From positions 1-62,515 of the forward strand of contig JBFKKR010000003.1 in NCBI GenBank assembly GCA_041682035.1: 62,515 nt of DNA, given 5' to 3'. The notes under the pieces were generated by a model, which had not been told where the DNA came from, searched no databases, and saw only the letters and a list, made by a program, of their open reading frames with translations. This document shows positions 44,952 through 52,809 of the stretch, piece by piece; within the stretch, counting starts at the first letter, position 1; each line of letters opens with the position of its first letter. Origin of the DNA: Pseudomonadales bacterium. Its GTDB lineage: Bacteria > Pseudomonadota > Gammaproteobacteria > Pseudomonadales > JBFGWM01. A program made the position numbers and the translations under genes.

Positions 44952-46339
44952 CGGAATTCCTCTCCCTGTACCTGTTCGCCGCGGTCTGCCTGGTACTGCT
45001 GGCCGGCTACCCGGTCGCCTTCTCGCTCGGCGGCACGGCGCTGATCTTCGCCGGGGTGGGGACCCTCGCGGGGCATTTCGACGCCGCCTTCCTGCACGCG
45101 CTGCCCAGCCGCCTCTACGGCACCCTGACCAACCAGACGCTGGTCGCGGTGCCGCTGTTCGTGTTCATGGGGGTCATGCTGGAGAAATCCCGCGTCGCCG
45201 AGAACCTGCTGGACGCCATGGCGCTGGCGTTCGGCCGCCTGCGTGGCGGGCTGGGTATCTCCATCACGCTGGTCGGGATGCTGCTGGCGGCCAGCACCGG
45301 CATCGTCGGCGCCACCGTGGTCACCATGGGCCTGCTTTCGCTGCCGACCATGCTGCGGCGTGGCTACGACCCGGCGCTGGCCACCGGCACCATCTGCGCC
45401 ACCGGCACGCTGGGGCAGATCATCCCGCCCTCGATCGCGCTGGTGCTGCTCGGTGACGTGCTCTCCAGCGCCTTCCAGCAGGCGCAGCTGAAAATGGGCA
45501 TCTTCAGCCCGGACACCGTCTCCGTGGGCGACCTGTTCGTCGGGGCGCTGCTGCCCGGGCTGGCGCTGGTCGCGCTCTATGCCGGCTACGTGGCGGTGGT
45601 GGCCTGGCTGCGGCCCGATGCCGCGCCCGCCGTTTCCCGCGAGGAACTGGCCAGCGCCACCGCCGAGCGCCCCCTGGCACTGCTGCTGATTGCCGGGCTG
45701 CTGCCGCCGCTGGCACTGATCATGGCGGTGCTCGGCTCGATCCTGCTCGGTTTCGCCACCCCCACGGAAGCCGCCGGCGTCGGCGCGCTCGGCGCGACGC
45801 TGCTGGCGCTGGGGCGCGGCGAGCTGGATCGCGATCGGCTGCGCGAGGTGGTGCGGCAGACCACGCGGGTGACCTGCATGGTGTTCATGATCCTCATCGG
45901 CGCGACCATTTTCTCCCTGGTGTTCCGGGGCTTCGGCGGCGAGGAACTGATTCACGAGTTTTTCAACCAGCTGCCGGGCGGCGCCATGGGCGCGATGTTC
46001 GTGGTCATGCTGGTGATCTTCCTGCTCGGGTTCATTCTCGACTTCATCGAGATCACCTTTGTCGTCGTGCCCATCGTCGGCCCGGTGCTGCTGGCCATGG
46101 GGCTGGACCCGGTCTGGCTCGGCGTGATGATCGCGCTCAACCTGCAGACCTCCTTCCTGACGCCGCCTTTCGGCTTCGCGCTGTTCTACCTGCGCGGCGT
46201 GGCGCCGGCGGAGGTCACGACCGGCGCCATCTACCGGGGCGTGGTGCCGTTCATCGTGATCCAGCTGGCGATGCTGGGCATACTGGCGCTGTGGCCCGCG
46301 CTGGCCACCTGGTTACCGGGAGTGATCTATGGCAAGTGA
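44948..46339 (+). CDS. TRAP transporter large permease subunit (DctM-type)
   Basis: 463 aa polytopic membrane protein beginning MTEFLSLYLFAAVCLVLLAGYPVAFSLGG. Translationally coupled to the small subunit. Confidence 0.88.
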   Translation: MTEFLSLYLFAAVCLVLLAGYPVAFSLGGTALIFAGVGTLAGHFDAAFLHALPSRLYGTLTNQTLVAVPLFVFMGVMLEKSRVAENLLDAMALAFGRLRGGLGISITLVGMLLAASTGIVGATVVTMGLLSLPTMLRRGYDPALATGTICATGTLGQIIPPSIALVLLGDVLSSAFQQAQLKMGIFSPDTVSVGDLFVGALLPGLALVALYAGYVAVVAWLRPDAAPAVSREELASATAERPLALLLIAGLLPPLALIMAVLGSILLGFATPTEAAGVGALGATLLALGRGELDRDRLREVVRQTTRVTCMVFMILIGATIFSLVFRGFGGEELIHEFFNQLPGGAMGAMFVVMLVIFLLGFILDFIEITFVVVPIVGPVLLAMGLDPVWLGVMIALNLQTSFLTPPFGFALFYLRGVAPAEVTTGAIYRGVVPFIVIQLAMLGILALWPALATWLPGVIYGK

Positions 46340-46754
46340 TGATCGGATTCACGGGGTCGACGCCAACCCCGACGCGACGTTCCCGCAGGGCGAGCTGGCC
46401 CTGCAGGCCTTCTGCCTGCCACGCGACACCAACGCCAACGGCGACATCTTCGGCGGCTGGCTGCTGTCGCAGATGGACCTCGCCGGCGCGACGATTGCCG
46501 GCAAGGAAGCCCGCGGACGGGTGGTGACGGCCGCCATCGACGCCATGTGCTTTCACCGGCCGGTCAAGGTGGGGCACATCCTCACCTGCTATGCCGAGGT
46601 GGCGAAGCGCGGCCGCACCTCCGTGCATGTGCACGTGGAAGCCTGGGCCGGTGATTACACGCACTCGGAAAGCGAGAAGGTCACCGAGGGGCGTTTCATC
46701 TTCGTTGCCGTGGATGAAGACGGCAACAAGCGCGAGTTGCCGCCGCGACTCTAG
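46329..46754 (+). CDS. Acyl-CoA thioesterase, hotdog fold (YciA-like)
   Basis: 141 aa containing PRDTNANGDIFGGWLLSQMDLAG, RVVTAAIDAMCFHRPVKVGHIL and RTSVHVHVEAW. GGAG lies upstream, and the ATG overlaps the dctM 3' end by 11 nt. Confidence 0.82.
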   Translation: MASDDRIHGVDANPDATFPQGELALQAFCLPRDTNANGDIFGGWLLSQMDLAGATIAGKEARGRVVTAAIDAMCFHRPVKVGHILTCYAEVAKRGRTSVHVHVEAWAGDYTHSESEKVTEGRFIFVAVDEDGNKRELPPRL

Positions 46755-48031
46755 GCCGAGGCCGCCGGCCCGGCCGCCTGGGGAGATTGCAGCGACGGGA
46801 GGGTCAGCACCACGGTGAGGCCGGGCTGGTCGCCATTGGATCGCAGCGCCAGCGCGCCGCCATGGCGTTCCAGGATTTTCCGGCAGATCGCCAGGCCGAC
46901 GCCGGGGTCGGTCCCGGAGCTGCGCCCCGCCACCCGCCGGAAGATGTGCAGCGCACTGGCCATGTGGGCCTCCGGGATTCCGCTGCCATTGTCGCGGATG
47001 CAGACGGTCACCAGCCTGGTGCCCGGCGATACGTCGGCATAAACGCAGATCGACGGCCGCTCGTCCGGCCGGTGATACTTCAGCGCGTTATCGAGCAGAT
47101 TGTGCAGGACAGTGGCCAGCATGGCGCGATCCACGTACACCGCCGGCAACGGCGATACCTGCAGATCCGCGCCCAGCGCCTGCACGCGGGCGCGCAGGCG
47201 GCCGGCCTGCTGGGTGATCAGCGCCGACAGGTCGACGCGCTCGAGGCGCAGTGGCTGGGTGGCGAAGCGCAGGTATTGCAGCAACCCGTCGTGAACCTCC
47301 CCAAGTCGCCCGGCTTCGGATTCCAGCACGTCGATGCTGCGCAGGGCGCGGCCCAGGTCCCGGGAACGGATCGCCTCGCGCAGGCGCGCGGCGTGCACGG
47401 CCAGCTTGCGCACCGGCTCGTTGAGATCGTGCGAGAAGGTGTCCAGCAGCTGCCGCAGTTCGGTGTTGAGGGACTCCACGCGCTCCAGGTGTTCACGCGC
47501 CTCGGTGATGTCCTGGATCTGCGAGATGAAGTGGACCGGCGCACCCTGGATGTCGCGCACCAGCGCAACGTTGAGCTGGACCCAGATGACGCGTCCGTCG
47601 CGTTGCAGGTAGCGCTTGTTCATCTGGTAGGTCTGGATCTCGCCGCGCAGCATCTGCTCGACCAGCTGCAGGTCGGTTTCCAGGTCATCCGGATGGGTGA
47701 TGTCCTGGAAGGTGAGCCGGAGCAGCTCCTCTTCGGTGTAGCCGACGATGTCGCACAGGGCGCGGTTCACCCGCAGCCACTGCCCGGCCGGGGAGACCAG
47801 CGCGACACCGATGGGGGCGTGACGGAACGATTCGCTGAACTGGCGGTGGGCCTGCGCCAGGGCGTCCTCGCTTTTCCGGAAGGCGGCACTGTCCTTGTCG
47901 GCGTGCAGCCGGCGCGCCGCGAGTTCCGCCTCCAGCTCCGCGATGCGCGCACGCAGGGCATCCAGCTCGCCGTCCGGGTTGCCGGACGCCGTCAGGGGCT
48001 GCTCATGCGCGCGTGTTCGTACCGGGGCCAC
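46751..48031 (-). CDS. Cytoplasmic PAS-domain sensor histidine kinase (orphan)
   Basis: 426 aa with a GTG start and no TM segment. Has an N-terminal coiled coil (LDALRARIAELEAELAARR), a PAS domain (FRHAPIGVALVSPAGQWLRVNRALCDIVGYTEEEL), the H-box TFSHDLNEP, the N-box HNLLDNALKY, G1 DNGSGI and G2 GVGLAICRKI. Confidence 0.85.
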   Translation of the reverse strand: MAPVRTRAHEQPLTASGNPDGELDALRARIAELEAELAARRLHADKDSAAFRKSEDALAQAHRQFSESFRHAPIGVALVSPAGQWLRVNRALCDIVGYTEEELLRLTFQDITHPDDLETDLQLVEQMLRGEIQTYQMNKRYLQRDGRVIWVQLNVALVRDIQGAPVHFISQIQDITEAREHLERVESLNTELRQLLDTFSHDLNEPVRKLAVHAARLREAIRSRDLGRALRSIDVLESEAGRLGEVHDGLLQYLRFATQPLRLERVDLSALITQQAGRLRARVQALGADLQVSPLPAVYVDRAMLATVLHNLLDNALKYHRPDERPSICVYADVSPGTRLVTVCIRDNGSGIPEAHMASALHIFRRVAGRSSGTDPGVGLAICRKILERHGGALALRSNGDQPGLTVVLTLPSLQSPQAAGPAASA

Positions 48032-48118
48032 CGTGGAAGCCAGCCCTGTGATGCATCATTACACTGTCATTCTGGTCCACGAAGAACCGGATTCATAGTA
48101 CGGCGCCCCAAATTCGCA

Positions 48119-49258
48119 CTATTGGCCGGCGGGTGCCAGCGATCTCGCGTTGATATAAGCCTGTTCGGAGATGGCGTGGTACTGGGCGACGTTCTCCCGG
48201 AAGGCCAGGAAGGACTGGCGGATCCGCTCACCCAGCGGGTTGCCCTGCACTGACTCCGCCACCACCTGCTCGGAGACCTCGCGCAGTTTCAGCAACACGT
48301 CGTCGGGCAGCTTGCGCAGCTGCACGCCGTGCGTTTCGACCAGCTCGCGCAGGGCGGCGTGGTTGCGCGCCGTGTACTCGTCGAGCATGTCCTGGTTGAT
48401 GGCGCGGGCCGCGACGGTAAGGATCTCCTGGAGGTCGGCCGGCAGTGCGTCGTACGCCTTCTGGTTCACGATGGTCTCCAGCATCGCGCCCGGCTCATGC
48501 CAGCCCGGGTAGTAGTAGTACTTCGCGGCCTTGTAGAGGCCGAAGGTGAGGTCGTTGTACGGGCCGACCCACTCGGTGGCGTCGATGGCGCCGGTCTGCA
48601 GGGAGGTGAAGAGTTCGCCCCCGGGCAGGGTTACCGGCACGCCGCCGACGCGCCTGAGCACTTCGCCACCGAGTCCGGGGATGCGCATCTTCAGGCCCTG
48701 CAGGTCCTGCAGCGAGTTGATCTCGCGGTTGAACCAGCCGGCCATCTGCACGCCGGTGTTGCCGCCTGCCAGCGGCAACAGGTTGAAGGGCTTGTAGGCC
48801 TCCCGCCACAACGCCAGACCGCCGCCATAATGGATCCAGGAATTCATCTCCTGCGCGTTGAGCCCGAACGGCACGGCGGTGAAGAACTGCGCCTCCGGGA
48901 CCTTGCCCTTCCAGTAATACGCGCCGGAATGTCCCATCTCGGCGGTGCCGCCGGACACCGCGTCGAACACCTCCAGCGCCGGCACCAGTTCGTTGGCGCC
49001 ATAGACGCGGATCTTCAGGCGCCCGCCACTCATGGCCTCGACGCGTGTCGCCAGCCGTTCCGGCGCCGTGCCGAGACCCGGGAAGTTCTTCGGCCAGGCC
49101 GTCACCAGTTTCCACTTGAAGGTCTGGGCCTTTGTCTCCGCGGGCGCAGGGGACGCGCCCCCCTGTGGCGCCGGGCAGTCCGGCTCCCGGGCGCAGCCGG
49201 CCACGCCGGCCCCCGCCACGCCCAGCCCCAGCATGCCGACAAACTTGCGTCGTTCCAT
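48119..49258 (-). CDS. TRAP transporter substrate-binding protein (DctP family) with Tat-type signal and lipobox-like Cys
   Basis: MERRKFVGMLGLGVAGAGVAGC..., then KWKLVTAWPKNFPGLG, GHSGAYYWKG and TEWVGPYNDL. GGGGA lies upstream of ATG 49258; the alternative ATG 49276 would overlap uvrD. Confidence 0.85.
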   Translation of the reverse strand: MERRKFVGMLGLGVAGAGVAGCAREPDCPAPQGGASPAPAETKAQTFKWKLVTAWPKNFPGLGTAPERLATRVEAMSGGRLKIRVYGANELVPALEVFDAVSGGTAEMGHSGAYYWKGKVPEAQFFTAVPFGLNAQEMNSWIHYGGGLALWREAYKPFNLLPLAGGNTGVQMAGWFNREINSLQDLQGLKMRIPGLGGEVLRRVGGVPVTLPGGELFTSLQTGAIDATEWVGPYNDLTFGLYKAAKYYYYPGWHEPGAMLETIVNQKAYDALPADLQEILTVAARAINQDMLDEYTARNHAALRELVETHGVQLRKLPDDVLLKLREVSEQVVAESVQGNPLGERIRQSFLAFRENVAQYHAISEQAYINARSLAPAGQ

Positions 49259-49268
49259 CTCGGTTCCC

Positions 49269-51434
49269 CTAGTCAATCACTTCCAGGTTGGCGTAGGACA
49301 GTACCAGCCACTTGGTGCCGTCGGACTCGAAGTTCACCTGCACGCGCGCGTGACCACCGCGTCCCTCGCAACTGAGCACCACGCCGGCGCCGAACTTCGG
49401 ATGCGAGACGCGCGCGCCCAGGGCGATGCCGCCGAGGTCTTCCGCCTCGTGTCGCCGCGCCGGCGTCACGGCGGCGGGCCGCGTCACCCGCGTGTTCAGG
49501 CGCACCTCCCGCAGCAGGGCTTCCGGAATCTCGCGCACGAAGCGCGACACGGTGGCGTAGGTCTCCGAACCGTGCAGGCGGCGGCTCTCCGCGTAGGTGA
49601 GATAGAGCTGGCGCATGGCCCGCGTGATGCCGACGTAGCAGAGCCGGCGCTCCTCCTCCAGCCGGCCGGGCTCCTGCATCGACATCTGGTGCGGGAACAG
49701 GCCTTCCTCCATGCCGGTCAGGAACACCAGCGGGAACTCCAGCCCCTTGGCCGAGTGCAGGGTCATCATCTGCACGCTGTCCTGGTATTCGTCGGCCTGG
49801 GTGTCGCCCGCTTCCAGCGCGGCGCGGTCGAGGAACGCGGCCAGCGGGTCGTCCTCGCCTTCATCATCCTCGAACACGAACTGCCGCGCGGCGTTCACCA
49901 GTTCCTGCAGGTTCTCCACGCGTGCCTGGCCAACCTCGCCCTTCTCGCGCCCGTGGAAATCGAGCAGGCCGCTCAGGCGGATGACGTCCTCGACGCCACG
50001 GTGCAGCTCCTGGCCGGCAAGGCACTCGTCGAGCTGGTCGATCAGCTCGAGAAAGCCCACCACGGCCTGCGCGGCGCGCTGCGGCAGCGCCTTCTCCTGC
50101 ACCAGCCGCACGGCCGCCGACCACAGCGACTCCTCGTGCTCGCGCGCGGCGTCGCGCAGCAGCGTGACCGTCTTCTCGCCGATGCCACGCGTCGGCACGT
50201 TGACGACCCGTTCGAACGCGGCGTCGGCGTGGCGGTTCGCCGCCAGCCGCAGGTAGGCCAGCGCGTTGCGGATCTCCATGCGCTCGAAGAAGCGCTGGCC
50301 GCCGTAGATGCGGTACGGCATGCCGGCCTGCAACAACGCCTCCTCCAGCACCCGCGACTGGGCATTGGAGCGGTAGAGCAGGGCGACTTCCGAGAGGGTG
50401 TTGCCGTCGCGCCGCCAGCGGTCGATCTCGCCGACGATGAAGCGCGCCTCGTCGACCTCGTTGAAGCCGCAGTAGACGAGGATCGGGTCGCCCTCGCTTT
50501 CCTCGGTCCAGAGGTTCTTGCCGAGCCGCCCGGCATTGTTGAGGATGACCGCGTTGGCGGCGTCGAGAATGGCCCGGGTGGAGCGATAGTTCTGCTCAAG
50601 GCGCACCGTAGCCACGCCCGCGAAGTCGTTCGTGAACTGCTGGATGTGCTCGATGCGCGCGCCACGCCAGCCGTAGATCGACTGATCGTCGTCGCCGACC
50701 GCCGTGAGTCGCGCGCTGTCTCCGGCCAGCAGCCGTAGCCACGCATACTGCAGCGTGTTGGTGTCCTGGAATTCGTCGACCAGGATATGGCCGAAGCGGC
50801 GGCGGTACAGGTCCAGGACGTTTTCGTTGTCGCGCCAGAGTTCGTGGCAACGCAGCAGCAGCTCACCGAAATCGACCAGTCCGCCGCGCGCGCAGGCTTC
50901 CTCGTAGGCCTGGTAGATCTTCTGCATGGTGGCGATGTAGTCGTTGCCACGGGCGTCGATGTGGCGCGCGCGCAGGCCCTCGTCCTTCTTCGCGTTGATG
51001 AAGTGGGTCGCCTGTTTCGGCGGCCAGTGCTCCTCCGCCAGCCCGAGCGATTTCATGGTGCGCTTGACCAGCCGCAGTTGGTCGTCGCTGTCGAGGATCT
51101 GGAAGTTCTCTGCCAGGCCGGCCTCCTGCCAGTGCTGGCGCAGCAGGCGGTGCGCCAGCCCGTGAAAGGTGCCCACCCACATGCCGCGCGCAGAGAAGCC
51201 GAGCATCTCCTCGATACGCGAGCGCATCTCGTGCGCCGCCTTGTTGGTGAAGGTCACGGCGAGGATGCCGTGCGGGCTGACACCCTCGGCCTGGACCAGC
51301 CAGGCGATGCGATGCACCAGCACGCGCGTCTTTCCGCTGCCGGCGCCCGCCAGCACCAGCAGGTGTCCGTCCGGATGGGAGACCGCGTCGCGCTGGGCCG
51401 GGTTGAGGGGGTCGAGGATGGGTGTGACATCCAT
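49269..51434 (-). CDS. uvrD: DNA helicase II UvrD
   Basis: MDVTPILDPLNPAQRDAVSHPDGHLLVLAGAGSGKTRVL (Walker A), VDEFQDTN, LEQNYRST and the C-terminal VSHPKFGAGVV. Uses an internal start of ORF 49269..51485. Confidence 0.93.
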   Translation of the reverse strand: MDVTPILDPLNPAQRDAVSHPDGHLLVLAGAGSGKTRVLVHRIAWLVQAEGVSPHGILAVTFTNKAAHEMRSRIEEMLGFSARGMWVGTFHGLAHRLLRQHWQEAGLAENFQILDSDDQLRLVKRTMKSLGLAEEHWPPKQATHFINAKKDEGLRARHIDARGNDYIATMQKIYQAYEEACARGGLVDFGELLLRCHELWRDNENVLDLYRRRFGHILVDEFQDTNTLQYAWLRLLAGDSARLTAVGDDDQSIYGWRGARIEHIQQFTNDFAGVATVRLEQNYRSTRAILDAANAVILNNAGRLGKNLWTEESEGDPILVYCGFNEVDEARFIVGEIDRWRRDGNTLSEVALLYRSNAQSRVLEEALLQAGMPYRIYGGQRFFERMEIRNALAYLRLAANRHADAAFERVVNVPTRGIGEKTVTLLRDAAREHEESLWSAAVRLVQEKALPQRAAQAVVGFLELIDQLDECLAGQELHRGVEDVIRLSGLLDFHGREKGEVGQARVENLQELVNAARQFVFEDDEGEDDPLAAFLDRAALEAGDTQADEYQDSVQMMTLHSAKGLEFPLVFLTGMEEGLFPHQMSMQEPGRLEEERRLCYVGITRAMRQLYLTYAESRRLHGSETYATVSRFVREIPEALLREVRLNTRVTRPAAVTPARRHEAEDLGGIALGARVSHPKFGAGVVLSCEGRGGHARVQVNFESDGTKWLVLSYANLEVID

Positions 51435-51529
51435 AGGGCGCGAGTGTAACAGAGCGCGGGGAAGCCGTCGCCGCGGCGGCCGCACGCCCGCCGTCCATCA
51501 AAAGAAACCGATAAACAAGCGCTTACGGA

Positions 51530-51545
51530 CTGTACAAAAGTACAA
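51530..51545. promoter_or_regulatory. LexA (SOS) box-like palindrome in the uvrD upstream region
   Basis: CTGTACAAAAGTACAA compared with the gammaproteobacterial consensus CTGT-N8-ACAG has one mismatch in the right arm. The inner TGTAC-AAAA-GTACA is a perfect palindrome. It lies 96 nt upstream of the uvrD ATG. Confidence 0.55.
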
Positions 51546-51670
51546 TTGTGGGGCACGCCGGCACTGGCAAAAAATCGGACTTGCCAATCGCGAGATTTGG
51601 CAGAAACTGTGAAAGGGGCGGGATGGTCCCGCACCCTGGAACGGCGACTCACCGTGTAAGGAGTTCCATC

Positions 51671-51868
51671 ATGCGCGAGATCGACTATACCGACGACGAT
51701 TTCGAGCCGGAATACATCGACGAGGACATGCTGCACAAGCCGCTCGGCAAGCGCTCCAGCCGCAAGGCGCAGCGCATGATGAGCGCGCGCCGCGCCATCG
51801 AGGATCACTTCGAGAAGAAGCGCCTGCAGCAGAACGTGGACGACGTTTGGCTGGACGAGGACGTCTGA
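51671..51868 (+). CDS. Small acidic protein (65 aa), possibly of the PA3496-like small-protein family
   Basis: MREIDYTDDDFEPEYIDEDMLHKPLGKRSSRKAQRMMSARRAIEDHFEKKRLQQNVDDVWLDEDV. A strong SD (AAGGAG) lies 7 nt upstream. Uses an internal start of ORF 51548..51868. The family assignment is from memory only. Confidence 0.65.
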   Translation: MREIDYTDDDFEPEYIDEDMLHKPLGKRSSRKAQRMMSARRAIEDHFEKKRLQQNVDDVWLDEDV

Positions 51869-51896
51869 CCATTCCGGCGCCCCGCCACCCCGCCCG

Positions 51897-51928
51897 CTGA
51901 CCCCCCGCAGCGGGGACCAGTCTTTTTT
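51897..51928 (+). terminator. Possible intrinsic terminator after the small acidic gene
   Basis: CTGaCCCCccgcagcGGGGacCAG followed by tcTTTTTT. The stem is imperfect. Confidence 0.4.
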
Positions 51929-51992
51929 GCCGATTCCCACCGGATATACTCCTGCTTTCCGCAGCTGACCGGCATCCGCCGGGGAGGACGGC

Positions 51993-52799
51993 ATGGCGTC
52001 ACCGGCACCCGACAGCATCGTCACGGAAACGCGCGACGGCGTCCGCATCATCCGCATCAACCGGCCCGCGGTCCGCAATTGCGTCGACGGCCCGACCGCG
52101 CGGGCCCTCGCCGCGGCGTTCCGGGATTTCGACGGCGACGACAGGCTATCGGTTGCCGTGCTCACCGGCAGCGGCGGCCACTTCTGCGCCGGCGCGGACC
52201 TGAAAGCAGTCGCCAGCGGCGACCCGGCGCGCCTGCATCGGCTGGAAGCGGAAGGGGACGGGCCGATGGGGCCGTCCCGCATGCAGTTGTCCAAGCCGGT
52301 GATCGCCGCGGTCAGCGGCTATTGCGTTGCGGGCGGCCTGGAACTGGCGGCCTGGTGCGACCTGCGCGTGGCGGACGAGACCGCCGTGTTCGGCGTGTTC
52401 TGCCGCCGTTTCGGCGTGCCGCTGATTGATGGCGGCACGGTGCGCCTGCCACGCCTGATCGGCGCCAGCCGCGCCATGGACATGATCCTCACCGGGCGGC
52501 CGGTGGATGCCCGCGAGGCACTGCAGTTCGGGCTGGCCAACCGGCTGGTGCCGGCCGGCGAGGCACTGGAGGCCGCCGTCGCGCTGGCGCAGGAGCTCTG
52601 CGCGTTCCCGCAGCGGTGCATGCGCAACGACCGGCTCAGTGCGCTGCAACAGTGGGGGCTCGACCCCGGGGAAGCCATCGCCAACGAGTTCCGCGGCGGC
52701 CTGGACACGCTCCGCACCGGGGAGACCGTGTCCGGCGCCACGCGCTTCACGCAGGGCGCCGGGCGGCACGGGGATTTTCACAACCAGTCAGACACCTAG
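51993..52799 (+). CDS. Enoyl-CoA hydratase/isomerase (crotonase) family protein
   Basis: 268 aa containing VRIIRINRPAVRNCVD, LTGSGGHFCAGADLK and AAVSGYCVAGGLELAAWCD. GGGGAGG lies upstream. Confidence 0.85.
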   Translation: MASPAPDSIVTETRDGVRIIRINRPAVRNCVDGPTARALAAAFRDFDGDDRLSVAVLTGSGGHFCAGADLKAVASGDPARLHRLEAEGDGPMGPSRMQLSKPVIAAVSGYCVAGGLELAAWCDLRVADETAVFGVFCRRFGVPLIDGGTVRLPRLIGASRAMDMILTGRPVDAREALQFGLANRLVPAGEALEAAVALAQELCAFPQRCMRNDRLSALQQWGLDPGEAIANEFRGGLDTLRTGETVSGATRFTQGAGRHGDFHNQSDT

Positions 52800-52809
52800 G
52801 GAGCAGGGC

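Noticed and set aside
51565-51612. A possible sigma54 promoter, suggested by the TGGCA/TTGC elements.
   Set aside because: The GG-to-GC spacing is 17 nt for the first pair, and there is no GC dinucleotide at the required 10-nt offset for the second. The sites do not fit TGGCAC-N5-TTGCW. I kept them only as an unexplained phased repeat.
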